64,000 bases of DNA, from positions 124,001 to 188,000 of IMG/VR virus record IMGVR_UViG_3300046787_000286. One strand, written 5' to 3'. A model generated the notes under the pieces. It made no database searches. It was given only the letters and a program-made list of their open reading frames with translations, and was not told the origin of the DNA. A program made the position numbers and the translations under genes. Shown one piece after another: positions 18,268-27,234 of the stretch (its first letter is position 1; every line of letters starts with the position of its first letter).

Positions 18268-18920
18268 TATCTATAATTTAGCCACTGTATAAACTGTTCG
18301 GTTTTTTCTGTGCGAATTCCTGTTAATTGAAATGTTACTCTGGGATCATATCCTGCATTGGCTGTGCAGTGCGGAATATTCTGCCAATCAAATGTAGTAA
18401 TTTCTCCTGCACGCCATTGATTGTGATGATAATTTCCATATTCCCAAAACTGTCCAGGTTGCCAGTCTGTCAATTGAATCATTATTCGCATGACTGAGTC
18501 AGGATCTTCAGGAGCCCATTTGTACAGCTTGTCAATGTGCAAGTTCCATAACTCCCCGGGCAACTGCACATGTATACGATTCATACAGTTCTCTAGCCCA
18601 AAGCTGTCGGACAGCTTTTGCAATGAGTTTGGGATCTGCCAGTTTAGATGTGTAATAAGCATGTCAGTAGGGATTCCTACTCTGCTCATGTCGTATTCTT
18701 CAGCAGCTAATTCGTCAGGAGGTGCTTCGATTCCTTCACCTTTGTATCCACGTGTGGCCCAGGTAGCAGGTTTAGCGTTTGCAATAATGCCAGGCAAGTC
18801 TGCTTCCCAGTTAGGAGTAACATGCCCTAGATACTGTACCACATCCATTGGATTGTCTTTTCTACCTGAATTAAAGTGATAATCACTTTGTGCTCGCAAT
18901 GTTTCCCAATTTGATTTCAT
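18267..18920 (-). CDS. 2OG-Fe(II) dioxygenase (Asp/Asn beta-hydroxylase-like)
   Basis: LHID...PHCTAN...RVTFQLTG (HxD...H...R jelly-roll motif). Confidence 0.8.
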   Translation of the reverse strand: MKSNWETLRAQSDYHFNSGRKDNPMDVVQYLGHVTPNWEADLPGIIANAKPATWATRGYKGEGIEAPPDELAAEEYDMSRVGIPTDMLITHLNWQIPNSLQKLSDSFGLENCMNRIHVQLPGELWNLHIDKLYKWAPEDPDSVMRIMIQLTDWQPGQFWEYGNYHHNQWRAGEITTFDWQNIPHCTANAGYDPRVTFQLTGIRTEKTEQFIQWLNYR

Positions 18921-19549
18921 ATTACAGTTACCTTTATGTCGCTTTTGTTGTAGTTTTGTCTATATTCGCTGCCAGGGTATTGAATCCCAAGTGCATCGCA
19001 TAACTCTAGGTTGTTGCTTGGATGTTTTCTTGTGGATTTATAGTCCCAGATGGCATTTTGAATACTTTGATTTTGCCGATGTATAATTCCAGCCATGGTC
19101 TTGAAGTCTTGAAAATACTCGTGATAGTCCGGGTATGTGATATCAAAGTGCCCGCACTTTACCCACCAACCCAAGCAAGCATCATCGCCGCGATGTACCA
19201 TAACAACAGGAGTTTCAGGAAAGAGTTCTTTGAGATAGTGGATGTGATTTGAGAATACATGGCTTTTAATAATTCGTATACCTTGCGGTTCCGCAGATTG
19301 AAATGGTACAGCAAAGATGTTCTCCAGTTGTGCTTTGTTTAGCGTGGTTAAATCTTCGGGCAGTGAGCTGATCATTCCTGGGTCAAAATAAGCACCCAAA
19401 TGCATTAGTTCTCTTGTGCCCGAAGCGTCGTGATAATATGTCCACTCGTCCCTATAGTCCGAGCGGTCAATGTCCGACGAGTAATAAATGTTTTTCACAA
19501 CCGAGCTCCATTTAGAGCCCGGTGCGCCTGCTACAAAGACGTATTTCAT
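18917..19549 (-). CDS. sulfotransferase-fold protein
   Basis: VFVAGAPGSKWS, IIKSH, LKELFPETPVVMVHR. Confidence 0.65.
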   Translation of the reverse strand: MKYVFVAGAPGSKWSSVVKNIYYSSDIDRSDYRDEWTYYHDASGTRELMHLGAYFDPGMISSLPEDLTTLNKAQLENIFAVPFQSAEPQGIRIIKSHVFSNHIHYLKELFPETPVVMVHRGDDACLGWWVKCGHFDITYPDYHEYFQDFKTMAGIIHRQNQSIQNAIWDYKSTRKHPSNNLELCDALGIQYPGSEYRQNYNKSDIKVTVI

Positions 19550-20523
19550 TCTTTTGTCAAGTCAATTTTAGATAGCACAGGAATAAATGCAGCACGTAGC
19601 TCTGTCATGTGCTTGTACAAGCCTGCAGGAGTTAGTTCATCTTCTGCGTAGAAAATAACGTTGGCATCTGTGTATTCTTTATACTCAGGTGAACGAACTG
19701 CTGCTGCAAATTCCTTTTGATACCATGCTACAATATCTTTGTTAGTGCCTGGCGGCAATTGAATTGACCATGCAGCATACACGTTAATACCTGGAGCCAC
19801 AGTGTTTAGCAACGGAACCCGGGGAAACTGCGACATCTTTTGTGTGCCTGTAAACCCAATTGGCTTTACTTTACCTGCGTCGATCAGTGCCTTGGCAACT
19901 GCAATAGGCATGATACCAAATTCTGTGCCTACCTTGCCATCGTAGCTGGCAACTGATTGCACAGCTGGCATAGGACCGTTAAACTTAATGGGCTTTACTT
20001 GATCTCGATTACCACGGCCTTTTTCCATTAGGTATTCAAATGCAGTGCGATGTGCGCCACCGCCGATTGCTACATTAATAGGACTGGTTGCAGTGCGAAT
20101 TAAACGCACAAATTGTTCGGGTGTGTTAACATCGCTTTTGACTGATGCGACCAGCACCAAGGGTGATTTGCCCATGGTTAGTACATCTACGAAACTATCA
20201 AATTGGTATTTCTTTAAATTCTTTTCCCAAATATCATTTGTTACGTAGCTTGACATGTGCGATGGCAAGTTAATAGTGTGCCCATCATTAACTGCTTCTA
20301 GGAATTTATTATTGGCAATAACAGAGTCAGCTCCGGGAATGTTTTGCACAACATACACAAAGTTGGGGTTCTTTTTTTGCACAATTTCTGCTAGTTTTCT
20401 AAAGGCCATTTCATTGCCTGCACCGGGTGTGTTGCCAATGTACACAGTTACAGGCTTAGTGGGCTCCCAGGCAAATGCCAGCACAGGTACAAGCAGTGCA
20501 GCGATTAATAATTTTTTGATCAT
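19546..20523 (-). CDS. Bug/TctC tripartite tricarboxylate transporter substrate-binding protein
   Basis: Signal peptide, WEPTKPVTVYIGNTPGAG, VVQNIPGA, DGHT, GKVKPIG, FPRVP; 325 aa; AAGGAG RBS. Confidence 0.88.
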   Translation of the reverse strand: MIKKLLIAALLVPVLAFAWEPTKPVTVYIGNTPGAGNEMAFRKLAEIVQKKNPNFVYVVQNIPGADSVIANNKFLEAVNDGHTINLPSHMSSYVTNDIWEKNLKKYQFDSFVDVLTMGKSPLVLVASVKSDVNTPEQFVRLIRTATSPINVAIGGGAHRTAFEYLMEKGRGNRDQVKPIKFNGPMPAVQSVASYDGKVGTEFGIMPIAVAKALIDAGKVKPIGFTGTQKMSQFPRVPLLNTVAPGINVYAAWSIQLPPGTNKDIVAWYQKEFAAAVRSPEYKEYTDANVIFYAEDELTPAGLYKHMTELRAAFIPVLSKIDLTKE

Positions 20524-20577
20524 CGTTTAGTCTCCTTAAATAGTATTGAAAATCTAACGTATATATCAAAATTTCCT

Positions 20578-21297
20578 ATGAACACCAAAATTTTTAACCT
20601 TTTAACAAAAAATTTGCAGACTGCATTTAATTTGCCCAAGTATGCGAATATTTCTATCACGCCAGACACTGTGGTGCAGGACCTGCCCTGGACCCCTGCA
20701 CGTTATAGAAAGTTCAAAGACGCTGTGGAAGCAGAACTCAGCTTGCCCTGTGACTATGTGGGCTCACTGGCTTCTATAACACACGATCTAAGCGAGCGCT
20801 ACATACATAGATTCTTTGGGGAAATATGGAAACCCAGAACAAATGATTATGATTACACAGGTTGGCAATTAACAGATGAAATTAACGCTCTCAATCCTCG
20901 CAGTGTTCTTGATGTTGGCTGTGGCTATCATCCTTTTAAAGGTCGTATTCATAATCTTGTGGGCATTGATCCTTATAACAATTGTGCCGATTACATGGTT
21001 GATATTTTGGATTATGTTGGTAGTCATGATGTTGTTATTGCTCTAGGATCAATTAACTTTAATGATCGTGCAGAAATAGAATCACGCTTTGCAAAATGCG
21101 TAGATGTATTGGATAAAGGTGGGAAATTTTATCTACGTGCCAACCCTGGTATCACGCACAAAACAGGGCCGTATGTGGAAATCTTTAACTGGACGTTTGA
21201 AGTAGTTAAGGAATTTGGGGACAAATATAATTTACAGTTGGATACCTTTAAAAAGGACGCCAACGATAGATTGTATTTTGTTTACACCAAGTTGTAA
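20578..21297 (+). CDS. class I SAM-dependent methyltransferase with N-terminal ACP-like helical domain
   Basis: VLDVGCG motif I, GIDP, DVVIALGSINF, LDKGG; divergent from the Bug operon. Confidence 0.8.
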   Translation: MNTKIFNLLTKNLQTAFNLPKYANISITPDTVVQDLPWTPARYRKFKDAVEAELSLPCDYVGSLASITHDLSERYIHRFFGEIWKPRTNDYDYTGWQLTDEINALNPRSVLDVGCGYHPFKGRIHNLVGIDPYNNCADYMVDILDYVGSHDVVIALGSINFNDRAEIESRFAKCVDVLDKGGKFYLRANPGITHKTGPYVEIFNWTFEVVKEFGDKYNLQLDTFKKDANDRLYFVYTKL

Positions 21298-21944
21298 CTA
21301 TCAATTAGTCGGAATGCTGCATCGTGTGCAGCTTCTAAAGGATGCAGGGTCTGACTAATCTCAAACCCATTTTCTTTGCTCCACTCCAGTAGGTTTTTAT
21401 TGTCAAAGCGTGTCATGTAAGGTTCGCAATAGCCTTGCAGTGCTGACACAGCAGGAGTAGTATTCCATCTAGCATCAAACATTAGATCGTCCATGTAAGT
21501 CATAATAAACTTGTTGCCCGACGCCTTTAACGAATCTATTGCAGTTTTGACATTGATCAAGCTGGTGATTTTATCCCGCAATTCGCTATGATAATGTTTG
21601 TAGTATGTTTCGGCAGCAGGATCTGTATCAACTGGCATTACTGTTTGCCAAGGTGATCTCCACAACTTGTGTTCTTCTGTTGTGGTAAAACTAAACCTAT
21701 CAATCCAGCTCCAGCCTATTACATATACAGCTGGTTCTACATCAGTTAATTGACTCAACACACGCTCAGTAATTTCTAAATTACCAGCCCCGGGGCGGGC
21801 ATAGCATGTGTAATCCCAGTTGTGTTGTTTGGCCAACAGTGCAGGCCATGTGTAGTTGCTGTATGTGGCCTTGGCCAAATATCTACTGTCATCGTGTAAA
21901 TCAGTTCCGAAAATGAAACTGCATCCAAAACTCTTTAATTTCAT
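21282..21944 (-). CDS. SGNH-like hydrolase/acyltransferase
   Basis: FGCSF block I, ARPGAGN, VIGWSWIDR, C-terminal HPLEAAH. Confidence 0.7.
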   Translation of the reverse strand: MKLKSFGCSFIFGTDLHDDSRYLAKATYSNYTWPALLAKQHNWDYTCYARPGAGNLEITERVLSQLTDVEPAVYVIGWSWIDRFSFTTTEEHKLWRSPWQTVMPVDTDPAAETYYKHYHSELRDKITSLINVKTAIDSLKASGNKFIMTYMDDLMFDARWNTTPAVSALQGYCEPYMTRFDNKNLLEWSKENGFEISQTLHPLEAAHDAAFRLIDSYNLV

Positions 21945-21965
21945 AACGAAATTACTTAGCGAGTT

Positions 21966-22595
21966 TTAGTGACCGTTGTTATGTAACCAGGCGCCTTTGT
22001 TAAAGCTGTTGCTCCAGCTTGCTGCATCTGCTCCGCCTTTGCGTTGGCTCCATTCGTAGCCTGCACGGTGTCCTGAACAGTCCTTGGTGCATTGCGAACC
22101 GCGGAATGTTAGTTCGTTTAATTGTGATTCATCTAGTTCATTGCCACTAAACGCAACAACATCATACGGGCCCCATGGATTGCCAGTGCGGCTGTCAATA
22201 TCATTACCAGCATCGTCGTAATCACTATATTCGTAATGATCATCGCTTTGAATCTCTACACCGTCAAAATTAGCATTGTAGCCAATGCTGTATTTGCGTA
22301 CTTTGCCGTCGCCACAATGAATACCACGCTCTAAGATGCGTTCTATATCTTCTTGGCTTTTGATGCCTGCATGTAGATCGCCTGTGTTAAATGTATCATT
22401 ATACCAAGCTGATGCTAGTGCTTTTAAATAGTTCCCGCCGGAACTGCTGCCACCTGGGGAAAATTCCGTTAAATCTTCATTCTTTTTGCGTCCAGCACAG
22501 TGAGCTTTTTGACTAAAGCCTTTGGGACTGGCACAATTGATAGAGCGCTTGTATTTTGCACTCCACTCTTCTGAAATGAATTCCGTTGCTCGCAT
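21966..22595 (-). CDS. three-module polyprotein-like putative internal head protein
   Basis: Leader MRATEFISE; junctions DLTE-FSPG and QLNE-LTFR. Confidence 0.7.
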   Translation of the reverse strand: MRATEFISEEWSAKYKRSINCASPKGFSQKAHCAGRKKNEDLTEFSPGGSSSGGNYLKALASAWYNDTFNTGDLHAGIKSQEDIERILERGIHCGDGKVRKYSIGYNANFDGVEIQSDDHYEYSDYDDAGNDIDSRTGNPWGPYDVVAFSGNELDESQLNELTFRGSQCTKDCSGHRAGYEWSQRKGGADAASWSNSFNKGAWLHNNGH

Positions 22596-23167
22596 TAGAT
22601 AATTCCTGCGGCGCTTTGTAGCGTTTTCATTACATTGTCGCGCTCGTAAATTTGTTTGGTTTCTAAGCCTGCTGCAATACGCATTTCGTTCATGTCGGCT
22701 TCAAACTTCTTGCGATATTCTTTGGGGCTTAGTGGCACAATGCTATCAAATGTGTCACGAGAGAACGGATAGGACTTGTCACGATAGTGCATGGTCCAGT
22801 CGTCTTGCTTAAACTCTGTTAGGGTGCTGAGATCGTCTAGTAGCATTTCAACGTGGCCGCCGGCTGTGCTTCGTCTACGCATTTCGATATAAACTAGATA
22901 ACGATTGGGCTTGATCTCACCAGGTGATTTGTCTGCATCTAGCACAAAGTCATAGCCTTTTTCGAACCAGTTCATTAGGTCTTTTGCAGCTTGGTTATCA
23001 CGTACAAAAAAGCTCAGGGTAATGATATCGTCATCATCGCCCATTTTGGAACTGAATTCATCCACGTGAATAGTAGGCTTCATTAGCCCGTCTAGGTCCT
23101 TGTATTCCAAGCTCTCAAATAGCGGGAATGGCAGGAGGCTGGGCTGATTGTTGTTGTGCTTGTTCAT
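22595..23167 (-). CDS. hypothetical late protein
   Basis: 190 aa, in late operon; LFE site near N-terminus; start uncertain. Confidence 0.7.
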   Translation of the reverse strand: MNKHNNNQPSLLPFPLFESLEYKDLDGLMKPTIHVDEFSSKMGDDDDIITLSFFVRDNQAAKDLMNWFEKGYDFVLDADKSPGEIKPNRYLVYIEMRRRSTAGGHVEMLLDDLSTLTEFKQDDWTMHYRDKSYPFSRDTFDSIVPLSPKEYRKKFEADMNEMRIAAGLETKQIYERDNVMKTLQSAAGII

Positions 23168-23696
23168 CTTGTTGATACTCTTCTTTATCTAAATCTTGTT
23201 CGTATGCATCATCTAAGTCTGCTAGGTCAATGTCTTGATCTTCTAGTTCGATAGAACCAGTACGAATGTCGCTCATAAATGCTTTGGGAATAGTAATCTC
23301 TACTAGCCACACAGGTTTTTCGATAATTTTAGCTTTGTGTGTGCCAGGTGCGTAGTCAGAAGGGTCTTCGATCTTGACTGGGATTTTCATCTTTACTCGT
23401 TTGTAAAGCACATCGCAATCAAACGGTAACAAACGTCGTCCGCCACGTGGATCGGGCATGAGTTTTTCAGGCCACATAAATGTGCAGCTTACTTTGTACT
23501 TGCCAATTTCTGGCCCGGCTACTAGCTCGCCTAGTTCCCAGTTTTTAAATGCATACACATCTAGTTCGTCGAGCACACGCTCAAAGTCTAGTAAGGTAAG
23601 CAAACTACCTTCGCTCAAATAAATGTCGCGAATGTTGTCTGCTACTTGCCAGTAGTCAGAATGATCTTTAAAAAGTTCTTTGTCTCGTAGTCCCAT
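23115..23696 (-). CDS. hypothetical late protein with acidic tail
   Basis: 193 aa, TAAATA 5 nt upstream. Confidence 0.75.
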   Translation of the reverse strand: MGLRDKELFKDHSDYWQVADNIRDIYLSEGSLLTLLDFERVLDELDVYAFKNWELGELVAGPEIGKYKVSCTFMWPEKLMPDPRGGRRLLPFDCDVLYKRVKMKIPVKIEDPSDYAPGTHKAKIIEKPVWLVEITIPKAFMSDIRTGSIELEDQDIDLADLDDAYEQDLDKEEYQQDEQAQQQSAQPPAIPAI

Positions 23697-23734
23697 GTTA
23701 TTATTTAGCCAAGTGCGGGCATAGCGTGAGCAAA

Positions 23735-23760
23735 GAAAAACCCACCGAAGTGGGCAAAAA
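23735..23760 (-). terminator. intrinsic terminator with cUUCGg loop
   Basis: cccac-TTCG-gtggg followed by a T run. Confidence 0.8.
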
Positions 23761-23771
23761 TCTATTAGACA

Positions 23772-24008
23772 TTATACCGTGTGATGTTTTTGTATTAGTG
23801 CATCCACTTGTGGACCCGATAAGGTCACCCATATAATTTTGTTGTCTAACTCTGCATCATACCCTTGCTTCTGTAAAGCATCAACGAATGCGGGTTTGTT
23901 AATAGCACTCTGGGTTAGATAGTCTTCTTGTTTAATAGCATTTGCGATCTCCCAGAACCAGTTTTGTCCCCATGTAGTTCGTTTGTTTTCAAAAAAGTTT
24001 ATTTTCAT
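23772..24008 (-). CDS. hypothetical protein
   Basis: ATGA-coupled to upstream gene. Confidence 0.6.
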   Translation of the reverse strand: MKINFFENKRTTWGQNWFWEIANAIKQEDYLTQSAINKPAFVDALQKQGYDAELDNKIIWVTLSGPQVDALIQKHHTV

Positions 24009-24511
24009 TTCGTTTCTTCTAAAAAATAGTATCCTTTGACACCGTCTTTTTTCCACTTACTAAACTTCTTGTAGGCGTTTTTTAATAAGCCTTTCTCTTC
24101 TACATATCTAGCAGCTTCTGCTATGCTCGTAAACACACCATACTCGCCTGCGTGAAAAGGTCTATCACGTTTAGCTAACCCTGCTTTGTGTGCAGCCTCC
24201 CAATTTGGGTCGCCGGGCTTATTTGTCGTAGTGGCCTTTAGCGATGCTTTATGGGCGTCAGACTTTGGTTTACCTTTATGATTTTGACTATGTTTGGCCT
24301 TGACTTCAGGACGAGAATTTACTTCTGCTTGGTAAGTATTATCCCTGTTAGCAATACCAGCGTGAAGTTTTTCGTAGTATTCGTCATCACGTTCAGCGGC
24401 AATTTGTTTTACTTTATCACTGCGGACTTTTTTATCGTGATCTGTCAGAACAGGACTATAATGCTTATTAAGATCCCACCCGCTAGGTAGATTACTTTTG
24501 AAGTTTGTCAT
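24005..24511 (-). CDS. NUMOD3/NUMOD1-like DNA-binding protein
   Basis: KGKPKSDAHKASL, FTSIAEAARY motifs; no nuclease motif seen. Confidence 0.55.
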   Translation of the reverse strand: MTNFKSNLPSGWDLNKHYSPVLTDHDKKVRSDKVKQIAAERDDEYYEKLHAGIANRDNTYQAEVNSRPEVKAKHSQNHKGKPKSDAHKASLKATTTNKPGDPNWEAAHKAGLAKRDRPFHAGEYGVFTSIAEAARYVEEKGLLKNAYKKFSKWKKDGVKGYYFLEETK

Positions 24512-25397
24512 CTTTAACCTCAATGGAGTTAGCAATCAAACTCATCTGTATCCACTTGTCTGGGAAGCGATATCTGTTATGTGCTACTTTGGTAGCAAAC
24601 CGTGGAGTAATGCCAACTAATTTTGGATAATATTCTTCAAAGAAGTTTAACACATCCTGGATAACTTCTTCGTCATATCCATCTTTTTTACTTCGGCAGT
24701 TTTCCGCTAGCATACCTTTTTCTTGGATAAGATACCTAGTCCATAGATATTTGTCTTTTTTGTTCCAGTCTAAGATACCTGGAGTGAACCGACCACCTTC
24801 TCCAACTAATGCACCAAAGTGTCTTGCCGTCGATGGTTTCTTCAGTAGGTCTTCGGGACGATCGTTAGTGATCCAAATAATATTACCCCAATATTCAAAT
24901 TTTGAATCTATTTTATTTTCGATCATCATTTTATTCGGTGCAGCTTTGATCCAGGCAACTTCTCGGGGCTTGTATGTATTTTCTGTCGCTGCTTTTAGTA
25001 AGGCAATAATACCTTTTGCTTCAGATCCACCTTTAGTAAGGTCCACATCGTCTAGCACCAACACACGATGTTTTTGACGATTAAACCAAAGCAATCCATA
25101 AAAGCCTGCGGCACTAATATCAGCACCTTTGAGATACTCTACACTTGCCCCGGCATCGGTTAGTGCTTTAGTTACCATTTCTGTTTTGCCAATGCCAGGT
25201 GGCCCAAAAACAGCAAGTCCTTTGGATCCGTCTAAATCGCTGGCAAAGTTAGCAGTGATGTCGTAGATATTATCCATTTCAATCTGAAGGCGATCGATAT
25301 GGGCCTGCTCGGCGGCCTGCTCGGCCTCAAATTTCTTCTGGGGTGATGCGTATTCCAGATCGGAATCACGAGAGATAGATCGTAGTACTGTGGTCAT
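24492..25397 (-). CDS. AAA-type P-loop ATPase
   Basis: GPPGIGKT, VLVLDDVD, IIWITN; AGGAGG RBS. Confidence 0.85.
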   Translation of the reverse strand: MTTVLRSISRDSDLEYASPQKKFEAEQAAEQAHIDRLQIEMDNIYDITANFASDLDGSKGLAVFGPPGIGKTEMVTKALTDAGASVEYLKGADISAAGFYGLLWFNRQKHRVLVLDDVDLTKGGSEAKGIIALLKAATENTYKPREVAWIKAAPNKMMIENKIDSKFEYWGNIIWITNDRPEDLLKKPSTARHFGALVGEGGRFTPGILDWNKKDKYLWTRYLIQEKGMLAENCRSKKDGYDEEVIQDVLNFFEEYYPKLVGITPRFATKVAHNRYRFPDKWIQMSLIANSIEVKDDKLQK

Positions 25398-25478
25398 TTC
25401 AACCTCCTTAAAAGTTTACTAACAATGTTTAAGAGCTTTTGTATTAGGCCCAAAGACCTAATCTCTTATTATGCTAAT

Positions 25479-25507
25479 AGTATAGCATCGTCGTGAATGA
25501 TAGTCAA
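25479..25507 (-). promoter_or_regulatory. sigma70-type promoter
   Basis: TTGACT-N17-TATACT. Confidence 0.7.
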
Positions 25508-25651
25508 GTCTCAGTTTTACCAAACTTTTCTAGCAAAGCCAAATACTTAGTCCGTAGAAACAAGAAATCAACACCCATAGAATATCTTGTTGCTGGAGTC
25601 TAAATACTTGCGACAGAGGCATCTGTCAATCTCATGAAACGGAGTTAACAC

Positions 25652-26395
25652 TTGAGTAGAAACCGCGCTTTAAAAGCACAACAAACCCAAAGTCGTCGCA
25701 TGCCAGTAGAAACAGACAACAACGTCCTACAATTCCAAACCCGCAAAGTCGCAAATAAACCTGTAGACTTGATTCCTCGTTCGAAGAATCAGGAGAGTTT
25801 GGTATTGGCTCTACGAGATGCTTCGCAGCACATAGTAATCACAGCAGGCCCTGCAGGAACAGGTAAAACGTACCTGGCAATGCAAGCCGCTGTCAAAGCA
25901 CTTAAAGAAGGAGATTGTGATAGAATTATCTTGACACGCCCAGCGGTTGGTGTGGAAGGAGAGCAACATGGATTCTTACCCGGAAACCTTGTTGCAAAAA
26001 TGGAGCCCTGGACTAGACCATTGCTAGACGTATTACGTGAGTATTATCGTCCGCAAGAAATTGCAGCAATGATCGAAGATCAAGTAATAGAGATAGCACC
26101 TCTAGCATTCATGCGTGGAAGAACTTTCAAACACTCATGGATTATCGCTGATGAAATGCAAAACGCCACACCAGCACAAGTAAAAATGCTAATGACAAGA
26201 ATCGGATCAAACAGCAAGATCATTATCACCGGAGACGTGGAGCAGGCCGATCGCCAAAATGGCGACAATGGCTTAATGGACCTCTGCGAAAGGTTGCAGA
26301 AGGGAGGTGTTAATGGAATTGCTGTGTGCCACTTAGATGGCCGTGATATTCAGCGGCACAAGATCATTGGATCTGTGTTAAAGTTGTATCAGTAA
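25652..26395 (+). CDS. phoH: PhoH family ATPase
   Basis: GPAGTGKT, LTRPAV, GFLPG, FMRGRTF, DEMQN, TGDVEQAD; TTG start with GGAG RBS. Confidence 0.95.
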   Translation: MSRNRALKAQQTQSRRMPVETDNNVLQFQTRKVANKPVDLIPRSKNQESLVLALRDASQHIVITAGPAGTGKTYLAMQAAVKALKEGDCDRIILTRPAVGVEGEQHGFLPGNLVAKMEPWTRPLLDVLREYYRPQEIAAMIEDQVIEIAPLAFMRGRTFKHSWIIADEMQNATPAQVKMLMTRIGSNSKIIITGDVEQADRQNGDNGLMDLCERLQKGGVNGIAVCHLDGRDIQRHKIIGSVLKLYQ

Positions 26396-26966
26396 TTAAG
26401 TCATAGGCTTCGCGCCAATTTTTGACTACCGGATACGGGCACTCATGATTCATGTTGTGCCCGTGTTCCATTAATACGCTCCGTAAACCCATTGCATGGC
26501 CAACATCGGCATTTTCGGGCTTGTCCTCAAACCACCAACATCCTGATCCTGCATACTCTTCTAGTGCATAGTTCTTGTCTGCACCGGTATCCAAGCACAC
26601 AATTTTCTCAAATGCAGTAGCACCAAACAACTTGTTCAAGTTCATTTCACGCAGACGTTGTGCATTAATATCTCGGCTCAGACTTGTGATACAGTGAAAC
26701 ACATAGCCATGCTCTTCATGCAAGCGTTTGATGTAATACATTGCATCACGGTGCGGGGGAAGAAATCCAATTGCAGCTGATTCGTTAAACATACGGATCA
26801 GCTTCTTGGCCTGTGGTTTGTCGATGTTGTAACGTTCGCCAATATCGTAGATGAATTGGCCGCCTTCTATTTTAGAGAAGCCGTGCTCTTCCATCCAAAT
26901 AGCAAACGCATACTCCCAATTCAAACACACTCCGTCCGCGTCTACTAAGATTAATTTATTTTTCAT
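26364..26966 (-). CDS. HAD-family 5'(3')-deoxyribonucleotidase-like phosphatase
   Basis: ILVDADGV, CITS, FEDKPEN motifs. Confidence 0.8.
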   Translation of the reverse strand: MKNKLILVDADGVCLNWEYAFAIWMEEHGFSKIEGGQFIYDIGERYNIDKPQAKKLIRMFNESAAIGFLPPHRDAMYYIKRLHEEHGYVFHCITSLSRDINAQRLREMNLNKLFGATAFEKIVCLDTGADKNYALEEYAGSGCWWFEDKPENADVGHAMGLRSVLMEHGHNMNHECPYPVVKNWREAYDLITDTTLTQIQ

Positions 26967-27234
26967 TTTTTTCCAAGTTAACTTCGTAACCGTTTTCGTT
27001 AAACAATCGAGTGATAATGTTTTCGTAGTGTTGCATATAGTAAGCAACAATAGTATCAAAGTTCTTGACTACATCCAATCCGCTCATTGAGGCTTTGGTT
27101 ACTTCTAGCTTTTTAAAGTCCAAAATAACATTGGCAGTTTGGATGTCACGTGTTTTTAGATTTTTTGACACAGCCATTGCTTCGTCGATTTGACCGTTGG
27201 CTTTTTTATAATAAGTGATTACTAGATATCTCAT
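26956..27234 (-). CDS. hypothetical protein
   Basis: 92 aa coupled ORF. Confidence 0.7.
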   Translation of the reverse strand: MRYLVITYYKKANGQIDEAMAVSKNLKTRDIQTANVILDFKKLEVTKASMSGLDVVKNFDTIVAYYMQHYENIITRLFNENGYEVNLEKNEK

